In this document: piece after piece, positions 1 through 8,716 of the stretch
How positions within the stretch are numbered: the first letter of the stretch is position 1
How the letters are laid out: every line of letters begins with the position of its first letter
Made by a program: the position numbers and the translations under genes
Notes under the pieces: generated by a model
Told to the model about the DNA's origin: nothing
What the model saw: only the letters and a program-made list of their open reading frames with translations
Databases searched by the model: none
Assembly: GCA_964523765.1 (NCBI GenBank)
Contig: CAZFZX010000005.1
Coordinates: 329-64,328, forward strand
DNA: 64,000 nt
Direction of reading: 5' to 3'
From: an uncultured Enterobacteriaceae bacterium
GTDB lineage: Bacteria > Pseudomonadota > Gammaproteobacteria > Ga0077536

Positions 1-27
1 TAACCAATCGAACCGGCCTACAAGCTT

Positions 28-378
28 CTAGCTGCCGTCCTCCCCCTTGGCGCCGGTTACCCGCCGACTGCCATCTGAGAACCGTTTCACCTTCACTGCG
101 ATCGTGGCGCCAACGGAAACTTTGGAAAGCGGCGCGAATACGCGAACGCGGCCGCCGTCCGGCAGTTCGACCAAAACGATACCGATGCGCTTGTTGTCCT
201 CGGCCGAAGGCTCGCCGGTCATACGACCTACGCCTACGATTTTGGCGTTTACCGTTTCCTCCCCGATTAACTCCACGGTTGGCCCGCGCATCACGAACCA
301 GGAAGTCGCGATCACAAAGGTGAGTCCGACTAAGATCGCGAGTCGGTTTTTCGCACCACGTTCAGACAATCTAGCCAT
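28..378 (-). CDS. hypothetical small membrane-anchored protein
   Basis: 116-aa ORF with one N-terminal hydrophobic helix (LAILVGLTFVIATSWFV) and a soluble tail. No family recognised. Confidence 0.4.
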   Translation of the reverse strand: MARLSERGAKNRLAILVGLTFVIATSWFVMRGPTVELIGEETVNAKIVGVGRMTGEPSAEDNKRIGIVLVELPDGGRVRVFAPLSKVSVGATIAVKVKRFSDGSRRVTGAKGEDGS

Positions 379-463
379 CGCTTTCCAAACTCCTCCCCGG
401 ACGTCACCATTTTCGCACCCCGCAAAGGCCGTTCTGGGCAGCCGCGGTTCGGGCAGGGTGACT

Positions 464-1624
464 TCAGACTCGTATCACGTGAGCGCATACTTTCAGTCCG
501 GCGACGGTCCACAAATTCAATATGAACGCCGTTATGATCACCACGGTGAACGAGTCGTTGTCGAGGAGCTGATATTGCAAACCGAGTGCGGCGAGGATGA
601 ATGCCATTTCGGCACGACCGCACATACCGACACCCACGGTGAATGCCTGCACCGGCGGCAACTCGATACGAAGCGCCATGCCGCCCGCGCTTAAGATCTG
701 ACCGACAAATACGGCGCTGGTCAGAACCAGGATCATCCAAACGCCTTCGCCGGCAAAGATTTCGAAGGTGACATGAAACCCGAGCGAGATAAAAAAGATG
801 GGCCCGAGAAACGAATAGGCGATCCCGTAGAGTCGGTCTTTTACTTTTTGCACCAGCGCAGGGTGAGCGACCTCGGGTTCGAAAAAAAGACCAGCGATAT
901 ACGCACCGATGATCATATGCAGACCAATCCATTCCGCAAATAACCCGGCCGCGAGCGCGATGAGCAATACGAAGGTAAATCCCTTGCCGCTGATATGGGT
1001 GAAGGGAAACTTCAATAGGGGGTAAATGTAGTAACCAATGGTGAGCGAGGTCGCGAAGAACACAATGACCTTGCCGCAGGTAATAGCGATTTCTGCGGCA
1101 TTCACCGCTTGTCCCTGGAGTACGCCGAGAATAATGCTGAAGAGCACGAGAGTCAGGAGATCGTCGATTACACAAGAAGCGACGATGATCCGTGCAAATT
1201 TCGCATCCTGGAGACCGAGATCCTGTAATGCTTTGATCGTTATCACGACCGCCGTAGCGGTCATGGTGAGGCCGATGAAAATCGAAGACTGGACGCTGAG
1301 TCCGAAGGCCAGCCCTGTGGCGAAGGCAATTGAAAAGGGCACGATTGCACCGACGAGTGCGACACCGAGGGAACTTCGAAGTGCGGATAGAAACTCGCGC
1401 GGACGCGTTTCGACGCCGGCGTGCAGCATCAGGAAGAAGATCCCCATCTGCGCCAGCACTTCGATCATTTCCGTCGGTTCGACCCAGCCGAGGATTGCCG
1501 GACCCACGATGACTCCGCCGACAAGCTCGCCCATAACTGTCGGCAACCCGAAGCTGCGGAAAACGACCGCTACCGTCCAGATGACGCCGAGTAAGATCAG
1601 TAGGGTGATGAATATCGAATGCAT
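464..1624 (-). CDS. cation:proton antiporter (Na+/H+ exchanger, CPA family)
   Basis: 386-aa polytopic membrane ORF. The N-terminus (LPTVMGELVGGVIVGPAILGWV) is typical of the Na+/H+ exchanger (Kef/NapA-like) fold. Confidence 0.85.
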   Translation of the reverse strand: MHSIFITLLILLGVIWTVAVVFRSFGLPTVMGELVGGVIVGPAILGWVEPTEMIEVLAQMGIFFLMLHAGVETRPREFLSALRSSLGVALVGAIVPFSIAFATGLAFGLSVQSSIFIGLTMTATAVVITIKALQDLGLQDAKFARIIVASCVIDDLLTLVLFSIILGVLQGQAVNAAEIAITCGKVIVFFATSLTIGYYIYPLLKFPFTHISGKGFTFVLLIALAAGLFAEWIGLHMIIGAYIAGLFFEPEVAHPALVQKVKDRLYGIAYSFLGPIFFISLGFHVTFEIFAGEGVWMILVLTSAVFVGQILSAGGMALRIELPPVQAFTVGVGMCGRAEMAFILAALGLQYQLLDNDSFTVVIITAFILNLWTVAGLKVCAHVIRV

Positions 1625-1720
1625 AACCCGTGCTTAAGCTTTTTCGTCGCGATCCACATCAACCGACATGTTACACCACCAGCCGGTTCATACTGTTGGG
1701 CGGTATCTACCGAACTCGGA

Positions 1721-1894
1721 CTAGATCATTGATCCGAAATATCGATCACTTTCGTCATGCCGGACTTGATCCGGCATCCAGTAGAAAAAGCCCGCCGCAG
1801 GCGGACATTTTTTGACTGGACCCCGGATCGAGTCCGGGGTGACGGCAAGCGGGCCTACGAACACCGTGAAGCGCATTTCGGATCAATTATCTAG
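1721..1894. mobile_element. MITE-like element, family A copy 1 (about 174 bp, complete)
   Basis: Terminal inverted repeats ctagatcattgatccgaaat / atttcggatcaattatctag. Interior has three GC-rich hairpin modules (gccggacttgatccggc; gcccgccgcaggcgg; ccccggatcgagtccgggg). No ORF. Confidence 0.75.
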
Positions 1895-2102
1895 TCATCC
1901 GGAATCTGCGTGTACGAATGGTCTTGGGCGCCGGCAGTTGGCAGCGCGCCCCGGTTTCTGAATTAGTCAGCGGTTCTCCCGGAGAAACTGATAGAATCGA
2001 ATTGCAATTCTCCGCAGTCGTTTCGTTTCATGCCCGTAATGACGTTTCAAATGATGACGTGGCTATTCCGGTGTCGGCGTTTGGCCCTGAGATGGCGACG
2101 CT

Positions 2103-3635
2103 GTGGGCCGGTCTAACCCGATCGTCATGGAAGTCGATGAACTCGCACAGAGGGTAGAGGATCTCGAAGCACGTACGCGCGGGATATTAAACGCCGTGGT
2201 CGACGGGGTTGTCCTTACCGACGATCACGGAATCATCGAGCTATTCAATCCCGGGGCGGAGCGGATCTTCGGTATTCCCACCGCCGAGGCGGTGGGAATG
2301 AGTATCAACGAACTGATGCCCGAAGCGGACCGCGTCCCGCATAGCCGGTACATGGAGCGTTACCGCGAAGGAGAACCGCCGCATATCCTAGGGATCGGCC
2401 GGGAAGTCGTCGGGCGGCGTATAGACGGTGAAACCTTTCCGATGGAAATAGCAGTCGGTGAAGTGACGGGGACCGATGGTCGACATTTCGTCGCAGTAGT
2501 ACGTGATATTTCGCAAGGACGCGCCATCGAGGAGGCCCTCAGGCGCAGCGAAGAAGGCTTTCGGCTAGTATTTCAAAATGCACCGATCGGTATTTTGACC
2601 GCCGATTTCGATGGCAAAATCAATAGTTGCAATCCGGCTTTGCTAGCAATGCTGAGATCCGTCGAACACGAGATCGTCGGTCATTCGGTATTCGAATTCG
2701 GCGTGGCCGGCGATGAAAGAACCCTGCCGCCCTTATTCGAGGATATGGCGACCGGCGTCTGCGATGTGTGTTACGCCGAGCTGCGCTGGCGCGGTGGTAT
2801 GGGCGCGACGCGCTATCTGGCGATTCATTTCAGCGCTGTTCGTTCCGAGGAAGGTGCGAGCTTCGTTATTGGGCAGGTCGTCGACCGCACCGAACAAGTG
2901 TTTTCAGAGGAAGCGACGAATGCGGCCCGCGAGCAACTCACCCACGTTGGCCGTCTGACAACCTTGGGTGAAATGGCCTCCGCTATCGCACACGAAATCA
3001 ATCAACCCCTGACCGCGATCGCGACGCATGCCCAGGCCTGTCGCCGCATCACCGACCAGGGCGTTCCCGATCCCGAGTTCCTCGCCGAAGCGTTCGAGCA
3101 TATCGCCAACCAGGCCTTGCGCGCAGGGGAAGTCGTGAAACGAATCAGGGGGTTCGTTACCAAGCGCGATAGCGAACGGTCTGCGGTTAGGCTCACGGAG
3201 GTCATCGAGACCGTCCTGGATCTGGCAGAAGCGGATGCCAGATCCGCTCAGGTTAAAATAGAAATCATGAACCGCAACGTCTTTCCAGCCGTGGTCGTCG
3301 ACCCCGTTCAGATCCAACAGGTCTGTCTCAACCTCATCCGCAATGGCATCGACGCGATGGCCGACAAAGAACCGTCCGAGCGGGTCATTTCCATTTCGAG
3401 AGAGCTGGTCGACGACCGCGTGGTGGCTCATTTTGATGACCGCGGGGACGGCGTACCGGAAGAAGTCCTGGACCGGTTGTTTCATCCGTTTTTTACGACC
3501 AAAGAAACGGGTATGGGCATGGGGCTGTCGATTAGCCGCTCGATCATCGCCGCGCACGACGGAGAACTGACCTACGAAAAGAATCAATTCGGCGGCGCGA
3601 GATTCAGTTTTTCGCTACCGGTTGCCATCGAGTAG
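2103..3635 (+). CDS. fixL: FixL-type oxygen sensor histidine kinase (heme-PAS, PAS, HisKA, HATPase)
   Basis: 510-aa ORF with a GTG start (alternative ATG at 2127). The first PAS carries the FixL heme-pocket signature LMPEADRVPHSRYMERY...HILGIGREVVGRRIDGETFPMEI. H-box is AHEINQPLTAI. G-boxes are DDRGDGVP and GMGMGLSISRSI. Confidence 0.9.
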   Translation: MGRSNPIVMEVDELAQRVEDLEARTRGILNAVVDGVVLTDDHGIIELFNPGAERIFGIPTAEAVGMSINELMPEADRVPHSRYMERYREGEPPHILGIGREVVGRRIDGETFPMEIAVGEVTGTDGRHFVAVVRDISQGRAIEEALRRSEEGFRLVFQNAPIGILTADFDGKINSCNPALLAMLRSVEHEIVGHSVFEFGVAGDERTLPPLFEDMATGVCDVCYAELRWRGGMGATRYLAIHFSAVRSEEGASFVIGQVVDRTEQVFSEEATNAAREQLTHVGRLTTLGEMASAIAHEINQPLTAIATHAQACRRITDQGVPDPEFLAEAFEHIANQALRAGEVVKRIRGFVTKRDSERSAVRLTEVIETVLDLAEADARSAQVKIEIMNRNVFPAVVVDPVQIQQVCLNLIRNGIDAMADKEPSERVISISRELVDDRVVAHFDDRGDGVPEEVLDRLFHPFFTTKETGMGMGLSISRSIIAAHDGELTYEKNQFGGARFSFSLPVAIE

Positions 3636-3664
3636 CCGATCGGTAGTTGGAGCCGCCCGTACTT

Positions 3665-4291
3665 ATGACGGTAATAGATGCAAGCCAGACCGTATTCGTC
3701 GTCGACGACGACGCGGCCGTGCGGCATTCTTTGGCACTGTTGATCCGTTCCATGTCCCTGAGGGTGGAATTGTTTGATTCTGCCGCGGCATTCTTGGACC
3801 GTTATGACGAAAGCTGCTGCGGCTGCCTGATTCTGGATATTCGAATGCAAGGGATGAGCGGGATGGAACTGCAGCAGGCGATCAAACAAAAAGGCCGAGG
3901 CATCCCGATTATCTTCGTCACCGGCCACGGCAGTGTCCAGATGGCGGTACAGGCGATGCGCCGAGGCGCAGTTGATTTTCTCGAAAAGCCGTTCGACGAC
4001 CAGGAATTGCTCGATCGTATCAACCAGGCGCTCGATATTGACCGTACCAGCCGCGAACTGCAGCGCGAATTGTCGTCGGCACGCGCGAAGATCGACAGCT
4101 TGACGCCCCGAGAGCATCAGGTGATGGAGCGCATCGTCAACGGTCAGCCGAACAAGGTAATCGCCGCGGAACTGGCCTTGAGCGAGCGTACCGTCGAGAT
4201 CCACCGGTCCAAAGTAATGGCCAAAACCGGTGCTGCTTCCTTGGCGGAGTTGGTGGCGATGGTGACGAAGCTGAATTCGGAGACGATCTGA
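3665..4291 (+). CDS. fixJ: FixJ-family response regulator (receiver plus LuxR-type HTH)
   Basis: Receiver motifs VFVVDDD, LILDIRMQGMSG and EKP. C-terminal LuxR HTH is LTPREHQVMERIVNGQPNKVIAAELALSERTVEIHRSKVM. ATG at 3665; the ORF track starts at TTG 3647. Confidence 0.9.
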   Translation: MTVIDASQTVFVVDDDAAVRHSLALLIRSMSLRVELFDSAAAFLDRYDESCCGCLILDIRMQGMSGMELQQAIKQKGRGIPIIFVTGHGSVQMAVQAMRRGAVDFLEKPFDDQELLDRINQALDIDRTSRELQRELSSARAKIDSLTPREHQVMERIVNGQPNKVIAAELALSERTVEIHRSKVMAKTGAASLAELVAMVTKLNSETI

Positions 4292-4419
4292 CCCGTTCGC
4301 TTTCACTTTTTTCTAGACTACGTAGTTTCCGAAATCAATTACGCAGATCCGCTAATTACGCGGCCGGCCCGGCATGACATATAACTCTTCTGAAAGACGG
4401 TCCGCTACGGGGTAAGCTA

Positions 4420-5163
4420 ATGCTGCACAACATCCTCGATTTCCCTGCGATTACGCAGTTTTGTGGCGATTGTGGTTGGTCTGGTTGTTGCGTCAATCTC
4501 CGAATGAAACGGTGCAAGCAGCCCGGTCCTAAAACCGGTCGGAGCTTGCCCTATCGGCGCAACACTCACCTCTTTCGCCAGGGTGACGAACTCGACAGCC
4601 TGTACTTCCTCCGGTCGGGGTCGATGAAAACGGTGGTCAGTACCAAGGGCGGGTCTGAGCAGATCGTGACGTTCCACTTCCCCGGGGATCTGATCGGATT
4701 CGACAGCATCGCCAGCGGCCGTCACCAAAGTACCGCCGTTACGCTCGAGACCTCCGGCGTTTGCCGGATCCCGCTGGTAAAGCTGATGAGTGCATCGACC
4801 AATAATTCAAAACTCTGGGAAGCGATGATCCGTACGGCGGGTGCCCAGATCGCCGAGAAGCAAAATTATGCGCTGCTGCTGGGACAGAAATCGGTCCATG
4901 CGCGATTTGCGACCTTCCTCGTCTATCTCTCCGGCAAGTACAGTAGTCGCGGTTGTTCCGACGCAGAATTCAATCTGAGTATGTCGCGGCAGGACATTGC
5001 CAATTATCTCGCGATGGCGGTCGAGACCTTGAGCCGGCTGATTGGTGATTTTCAACGCAAAGGCTTGATCAGTGTTGAGCGGCGTTTTGTGCGGATCAAA
5101 GATGCGCCGAAATTGCGAGAAATGGCGCAGGAGAATGTCGACCTCAGTCTCTCTTTCGGGTAG
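4420..5163 (+). CDS. fnr: FNR/ANR-type [4Fe-4S] oxygen-responsive Crp-family regulator
   Basis: Collinear with E. coli FNR as recalled from memory. N-terminal Cys cluster C-x2-C-x5-C (FCGDCGWSGCC) plus the fourth Cys in ETSGVCRIP. cNMP-like domain GDELDSLYFLRSG. HTH is RQDIANYLAMAVETLSRLI. Confidence 0.9.
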   Translation: MLHNILDFPAITQFCGDCGWSGCCVNLRMKRCKQPGPKTGRSLPYRRNTHLFRQGDELDSLYFLRSGSMKTVVSTKGGSEQIVTFHFPGDLIGFDSIASGRHQSTAVTLETSGVCRIPLVKLMSASTNNSKLWEAMIRTAGAQIAEKQNYALLLGQKSVHARFATFLVYLSGKYSSRGCSDAEFNLSMSRQDIANYLAMAVETLSRLIGDFQRKGLISVERRFVRIKDAPKLREMAQENVDLSLSFG

Positions 5164-5170
5164 GCCGCTG

Positions 5171-5623
5171 ATGGAGGCCATAAACGATGAGTCGGCCGCG
5201 GCCGCGCAGGCAGGCGTGATTGTCGTATGTGCAGAGTCGGACCGGTCGGCGGAGTATCTTCGTTTGTTACCCGACGACGCCTACGAGATCCGCCGTTATC
5301 ATCGCGCGCGCGAAGCGCTCGATAATCCTGAGTTCCCCGATAATGCGGTCATCATCGTCGACGAAACATTGAGCGATATGCATGGGGTCGATTTTGTACG
5401 CAAGGCGCGCGCGCAAGGGATAAAGGTCCCGATATTGATGACGGTACAAAAGGTTTCGATCCCCGAAGCGGTCGAAGCGATCCGCCTCGGCGCCGACAAC
5501 ATCCTGACAAAACCCCTCGACCGGCTAAAACTCGAGCAGGCAATCAAGTCCGCGTTGAACGAACCGGGGCCGATGGGAAGCGCGGCGCGAGCGCAATCGA
5601 GTCCTAATCTAAGGAAGTTCTGA
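5171..5623 (+). CDS. stand-alone CheY-like receiver protein with an atypical acidic pocket
   Basis: Receiver fold with phospho-Asp candidate (IIVDETLSDMHG), Thr (ILMTV) and Lys (LTKP). The usual DD pair reads CAES. Start is set at the ATG (MEAINDE); the upstream part of the ORF overlaps fnr. Confidence 0.7.
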   Translation: MEAINDESAAAAQAGVIVVCAESDRSAEYLRLLPDDAYEIRRYHRAREALDNPEFPDNAVIIVDETLSDMHGVDFVRKARAQGIKVPILMTVQKVSIPEAVEAIRLGADNILTKPLDRLKLEQAIKSALNEPGPMGSAARAQSSPNLRKF

Positions 5624-5662
5624 TTGATTCATGGGCCGCCACGTCGCATGGAGTGAAATTCG

Positions 5663-6202
5663 ATGAGTGCGATACTCGATCACATCCACCAGGACCACCG
5701 CAACATGAGCCGGTTGCTCGATGTGCTCGATAAAGAGGTCGGCGATCTGGCCGCAGGGGACGACCACGATTACGCTTTGATGTCCGACGTCGTTTCCTAT
5801 TTCAATCATTATCCGGCGCGCTTCCACCATCCCTACGAGGACGAATTATTCGGTTGGATCAGCGGCGAACAGCCAGTGCTGGCGGGTCTGGTCGAGGAAC
5901 TCCGTCTGGAGCATGCATCGCAGGCTAAACTCGGCCGCGAAGTGTCGATGTTTCTGAAAGCGATCCAGGCAGGACATATGGTTCCGCGCGATAAAGTAGT
6001 GAGCCGGCTCACCGATTACATCAAAGTCCAACGGCGCCATATAGACAAGGAGGAGGGCAAGCTGCTGAAGGGCACCGAAGAATTGCTGGCCGATCACCAC
6101 ATGATCGAGATCCCGATTCCGGATCGCTCCGAACTGGATCCACTGTTCGGGGACGAAATCGATATCGCTTTTTCGGCGCTTGCAGAAGCGCTCGAGCGCT
6201 GA
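5663..6202 (+). CDS. hemerythrin-like (HHE cation-binding) domain protein
   Basis: 179 aa with His/Glu ligand patterns: HIHQDHRNMSRLL, FHHPYEDELF and QRRHIDKEE. Confidence 0.8.
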   Translation: MSAILDHIHQDHRNMSRLLDVLDKEVGDLAAGDDHDYALMSDVVSYFNHYPARFHHPYEDELFGWISGEQPVLAGLVEELRLEHASQAKLGREVSMFLKAIQAGHMVPRDKVVSRLTDYIKVQRRHIDKEEGKLLKGTEELLADHHMIEIPIPDRSELDPLFGDEIDIAFSALAEALER

Positions 6203-6223
6203 AGCGCCGCAGATGCGAGCTCG

Positions 6224-8086
6224 TTAGCGGGGTTTGTCTTTCGCCGGCTCGAAGGCGAGAACCACGTTGCCGCCGCGAGCCCCCCATTTACTGTACCCAG
6301 AGTTGAAGTAGAGCATACCGTCGACGATAACCGGACCGGCCTGATCGATGCTGCCCCCGTAACCCCGTGCCCCGTTGACCGTCTGGTACTCGCCGACCGC
6401 GTCGAAGCGCCAGATCTCTTCTCCCGTGCGGCTGTCGAAGGCGCGCATTTCACCGCTCTGCGAGCCGGCGAAAACGACACCGGGGATCGCCGTCACGGCC
6501 GCGGTCTGCGCCGGGCTGCATTGCTCGCGCCCGTCGCAGCTGACCGGGGGCGCATCCCACGCGACTTCGCCGTTGTCGAGGTTTACCGCGACCAAGCCGC
6601 CGCCTTGCTTCGGATCGATTTTGGGCTCGGGTCCGTAGACGCCTGCGTCGAGCCAATTCAAGTCCGACCTCGAGGCATAAAGAAACTCGCCGTCACTCGA
6701 CTGACCCCACTGCAGGCCTCCCTGCACGCCTCCCTCGGCGAGCTTCTTTTTCCACAAAACCGCGCCGTCGCGATCCGGGTCGAGGGCATGAGCGATGCCG
6801 CTCTTTTGCGCGCCGATGAGGACGCGGCTGCCGTCTGTACGGGTGATGAGTATGGGCGATGCGCCCATGTCCTGGTCCGGGCCCGCCTGTTCGGGGCAAC
6901 TGGTTTGCGATTCAGTAACGCAGCCAATGTTCCAGGCGTCTCCACCCAGGCCCTGGTAGTGCCAAATGTACTCACCGGTGTCCAAGGAAAGTGCGACAAT
7001 AGCGTCGCTCATCGCGCTCGGTGGGTTTGAGTAATTATCTCCCGTGCCGATATAAATCCGCCTGAGTTTGGCGTCGATCGTGACCGCGGACCACACCGAC
7101 GCACCGGACGGTCCGACCATCGGCCTGCCGGCTTTGCCGATACTTTTTTGCACGGGTTTCTGCGCAATGGTGTGGCGTTTCCAGATCCGTTTTCCGCTGG
7201 CGGCGTCGTAGGCAAGAACGCTGCCGCGGAAGACACAGCATTTGTAATCCGGATCCATCGTCATTAATTCTTCGAGTGACGACATCGGCGCGTACGCCCG
7301 GCCTTCGAAGACCTGGACCCCACCCGTGACGCGTGCACTCGGATGATCATCGCCGAGGTCCTTCCAGATCAACGCGCCGCTTGCGGCATCGACGGCATAA
7401 ACCCAGCCGCTTTGATCGCCGAAATAGGCGACGTAGCGTTGCGGGCCACCGATGACGCCGATCGTTACTGGAGCCTTGACCCCGGCCGCGGCCGTGAACG
7501 TCCACACCGTGCAACCCGTTTTGGCGTCCAGCGCATAGACGGCGCCGCTGGGGCTGCCGACAAACAGTCGGCCATCGACGATGGTTGACTGCGATTCGGT
7601 GAACGTCTCGCCGGGAAAGGCGAATGCCCACTTGAGCTCTAGTTTCGGCACGTCTGTGCGGGTCAGCAGTGCCATGCGTTCGGTCTGAAACCGGGCGTTA
7701 CCGAGCGCTCCCCCCCAGCCGTTCCAATGAGGCCGTGAGAATGGATCCGCGCCCGGCCATGGCGCCGGCTCGCAGGTGCTGCCGCTCGCCCCGCGCCAGG
7801 CCGGATCGTACGGCTTGCCGCCGACGAATTCGGCAACGGCGATGCGTTGTGGACCATTGAGCGCGAAGGTGCCGATGACCCGCATCACGCCCGACTCGAG
7901 CGCGTGCACGATGCGGCCGGTTTCCAATTTCTGCAGGTTGCCCAGGCTCGGCGTACGCGGCGAGCCGGAGCTGTGGCACGTCGCGCAGTGCTCTTTATAG
8001 ATCGACTCCCCGTCCGGGCCGTCGCCGTGCGCAGCACCAATCAATAGTGCCGCCGCAAATGCCAAATACTTTCTACGATCCCCCAC
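6224..8086 (-). CDS. PQQ-repeat beta-propeller dehydrogenase with N-terminal cytochrome c domain (polyvinyl-alcohol-dehydrogenase-like)
   Basis: 620 aa. Signal peptide, then heme c motif CATCH, then repeated PQQ-propeller-type blades (e.g. GRLFVGSPSGAVYALDAKTG, GWVYAVDAASG, GEMRAFDSRTGEEIW). Confidence 0.8.
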   Translation of the reverse strand: MGDRRKYLAFAAALLIGAAHGDGPDGESIYKEHCATCHSSGSPRTPSLGNLQKLETGRIVHALESGVMRVIGTFALNGPQRIAVAEFVGGKPYDPAWRGASGSTCEPAPWPGADPFSRPHWNGWGGALGNARFQTERMALLTRTDVPKLELKWAFAFPGETFTESQSTIVDGRLFVGSPSGAVYALDAKTGCTVWTFTAAAGVKAPVTIGVIGGPQRYVAYFGDQSGWVYAVDAASGALIWKDLGDDHPSARVTGGVQVFEGRAYAPMSSLEELMTMDPDYKCCVFRGSVLAYDAASGKRIWKRHTIAQKPVQKSIGKAGRPMVGPSGASVWSAVTIDAKLRRIYIGTGDNYSNPPSAMSDAIVALSLDTGEYIWHYQGLGGDAWNIGCVTESQTSCPEQAGPDQDMGASPILITRTDGSRVLIGAQKSGIAHALDPDRDGAVLWKKKLAEGGVQGGLQWGQSSDGEFLYASRSDLNWLDAGVYGPEPKIDPKQGGGLVAVNLDNGEVAWDAPPVSCDGREQCSPAQTAAVTAIPGVVFAGSQSGEMRAFDSRTGEEIWRFDAVGEYQTVNGARGYGGSIDQAGPVIVDGMLYFNSGYSKWGARGGNVVLAFEPAKDKPR

Positions 8087-8716
8087 GCCCTTGCACCTCC
8101 TCGCGCTCGTTTATATCGGCGTTTCCGCGTTTCGGAAGTACCGCCCTGCAGGTTAACATGAGTCTTAGGACCCGCCGCGCGCCGGGATGAAGCCGGACGG
8201 AGCCCCAACGTGCTCGAACCAAATAGCAGGGAGTTCGTTATACTGGCTGTCTTGAAATCACGCACCGGACGACGCCGGGCAAAGACCGGATTGGCGCAGC
8301 GTACAAGTTTCGGTGAGACGCCGTCGGCGGCGCCGAGGCACAAGGAACTCCATATTACTAAAGCGATATTGCGCCGGCGCTAGGGCGGAGCGAGGGCGGT
8401 TCGAAATTGCACCGAGCGGGTGTGACAATTTCGACGGAGCGCCGTGCTGGTGCGACCCTATTGCGCGGCGGTTCTGGTTGGGAAACGCGGGTGCGCAGGC
8501 ACAATCAACTCGGCGAAACCGGACGCTTAGAAAAACCGCCGTGTCGCAAAAACCGTCGGCGCCTTGAAACGTTGGTAATGTTGACGTCTAATGAGTACCG
8601 GCCCCGGGCGTCGCTTCTTCCAACGCGTCATCCTAGAGCGGCCGATTGGCGGACGCCGAGAGGCTTCAACTAAATAAAGACGGACTATTCGCCGGCCCGC
8701 GGAGGACGACATAAAC

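Noticed and set aside
4292-5662. FNR/FixK boxes (TTGAT-N4-ATCAA) near fnr, the receiver gene or the hemerythrin gene.
   Set aside because: Only poor half-site matches were seen by eye (e.g. TTGATTGATTCATG at 5625-5638). A PWM scan would be needed, so no site is claimed.
8446-8467. A sigma-54-like promoter (TGGTGC...TTGC) upstream of the carboxylase cluster.
   Set aside because: The GG-to-GC spacing is two nt too long relative to the TGGCAC-N5-TTGC consensus, and no enhancer-binding protein gene is nearby.
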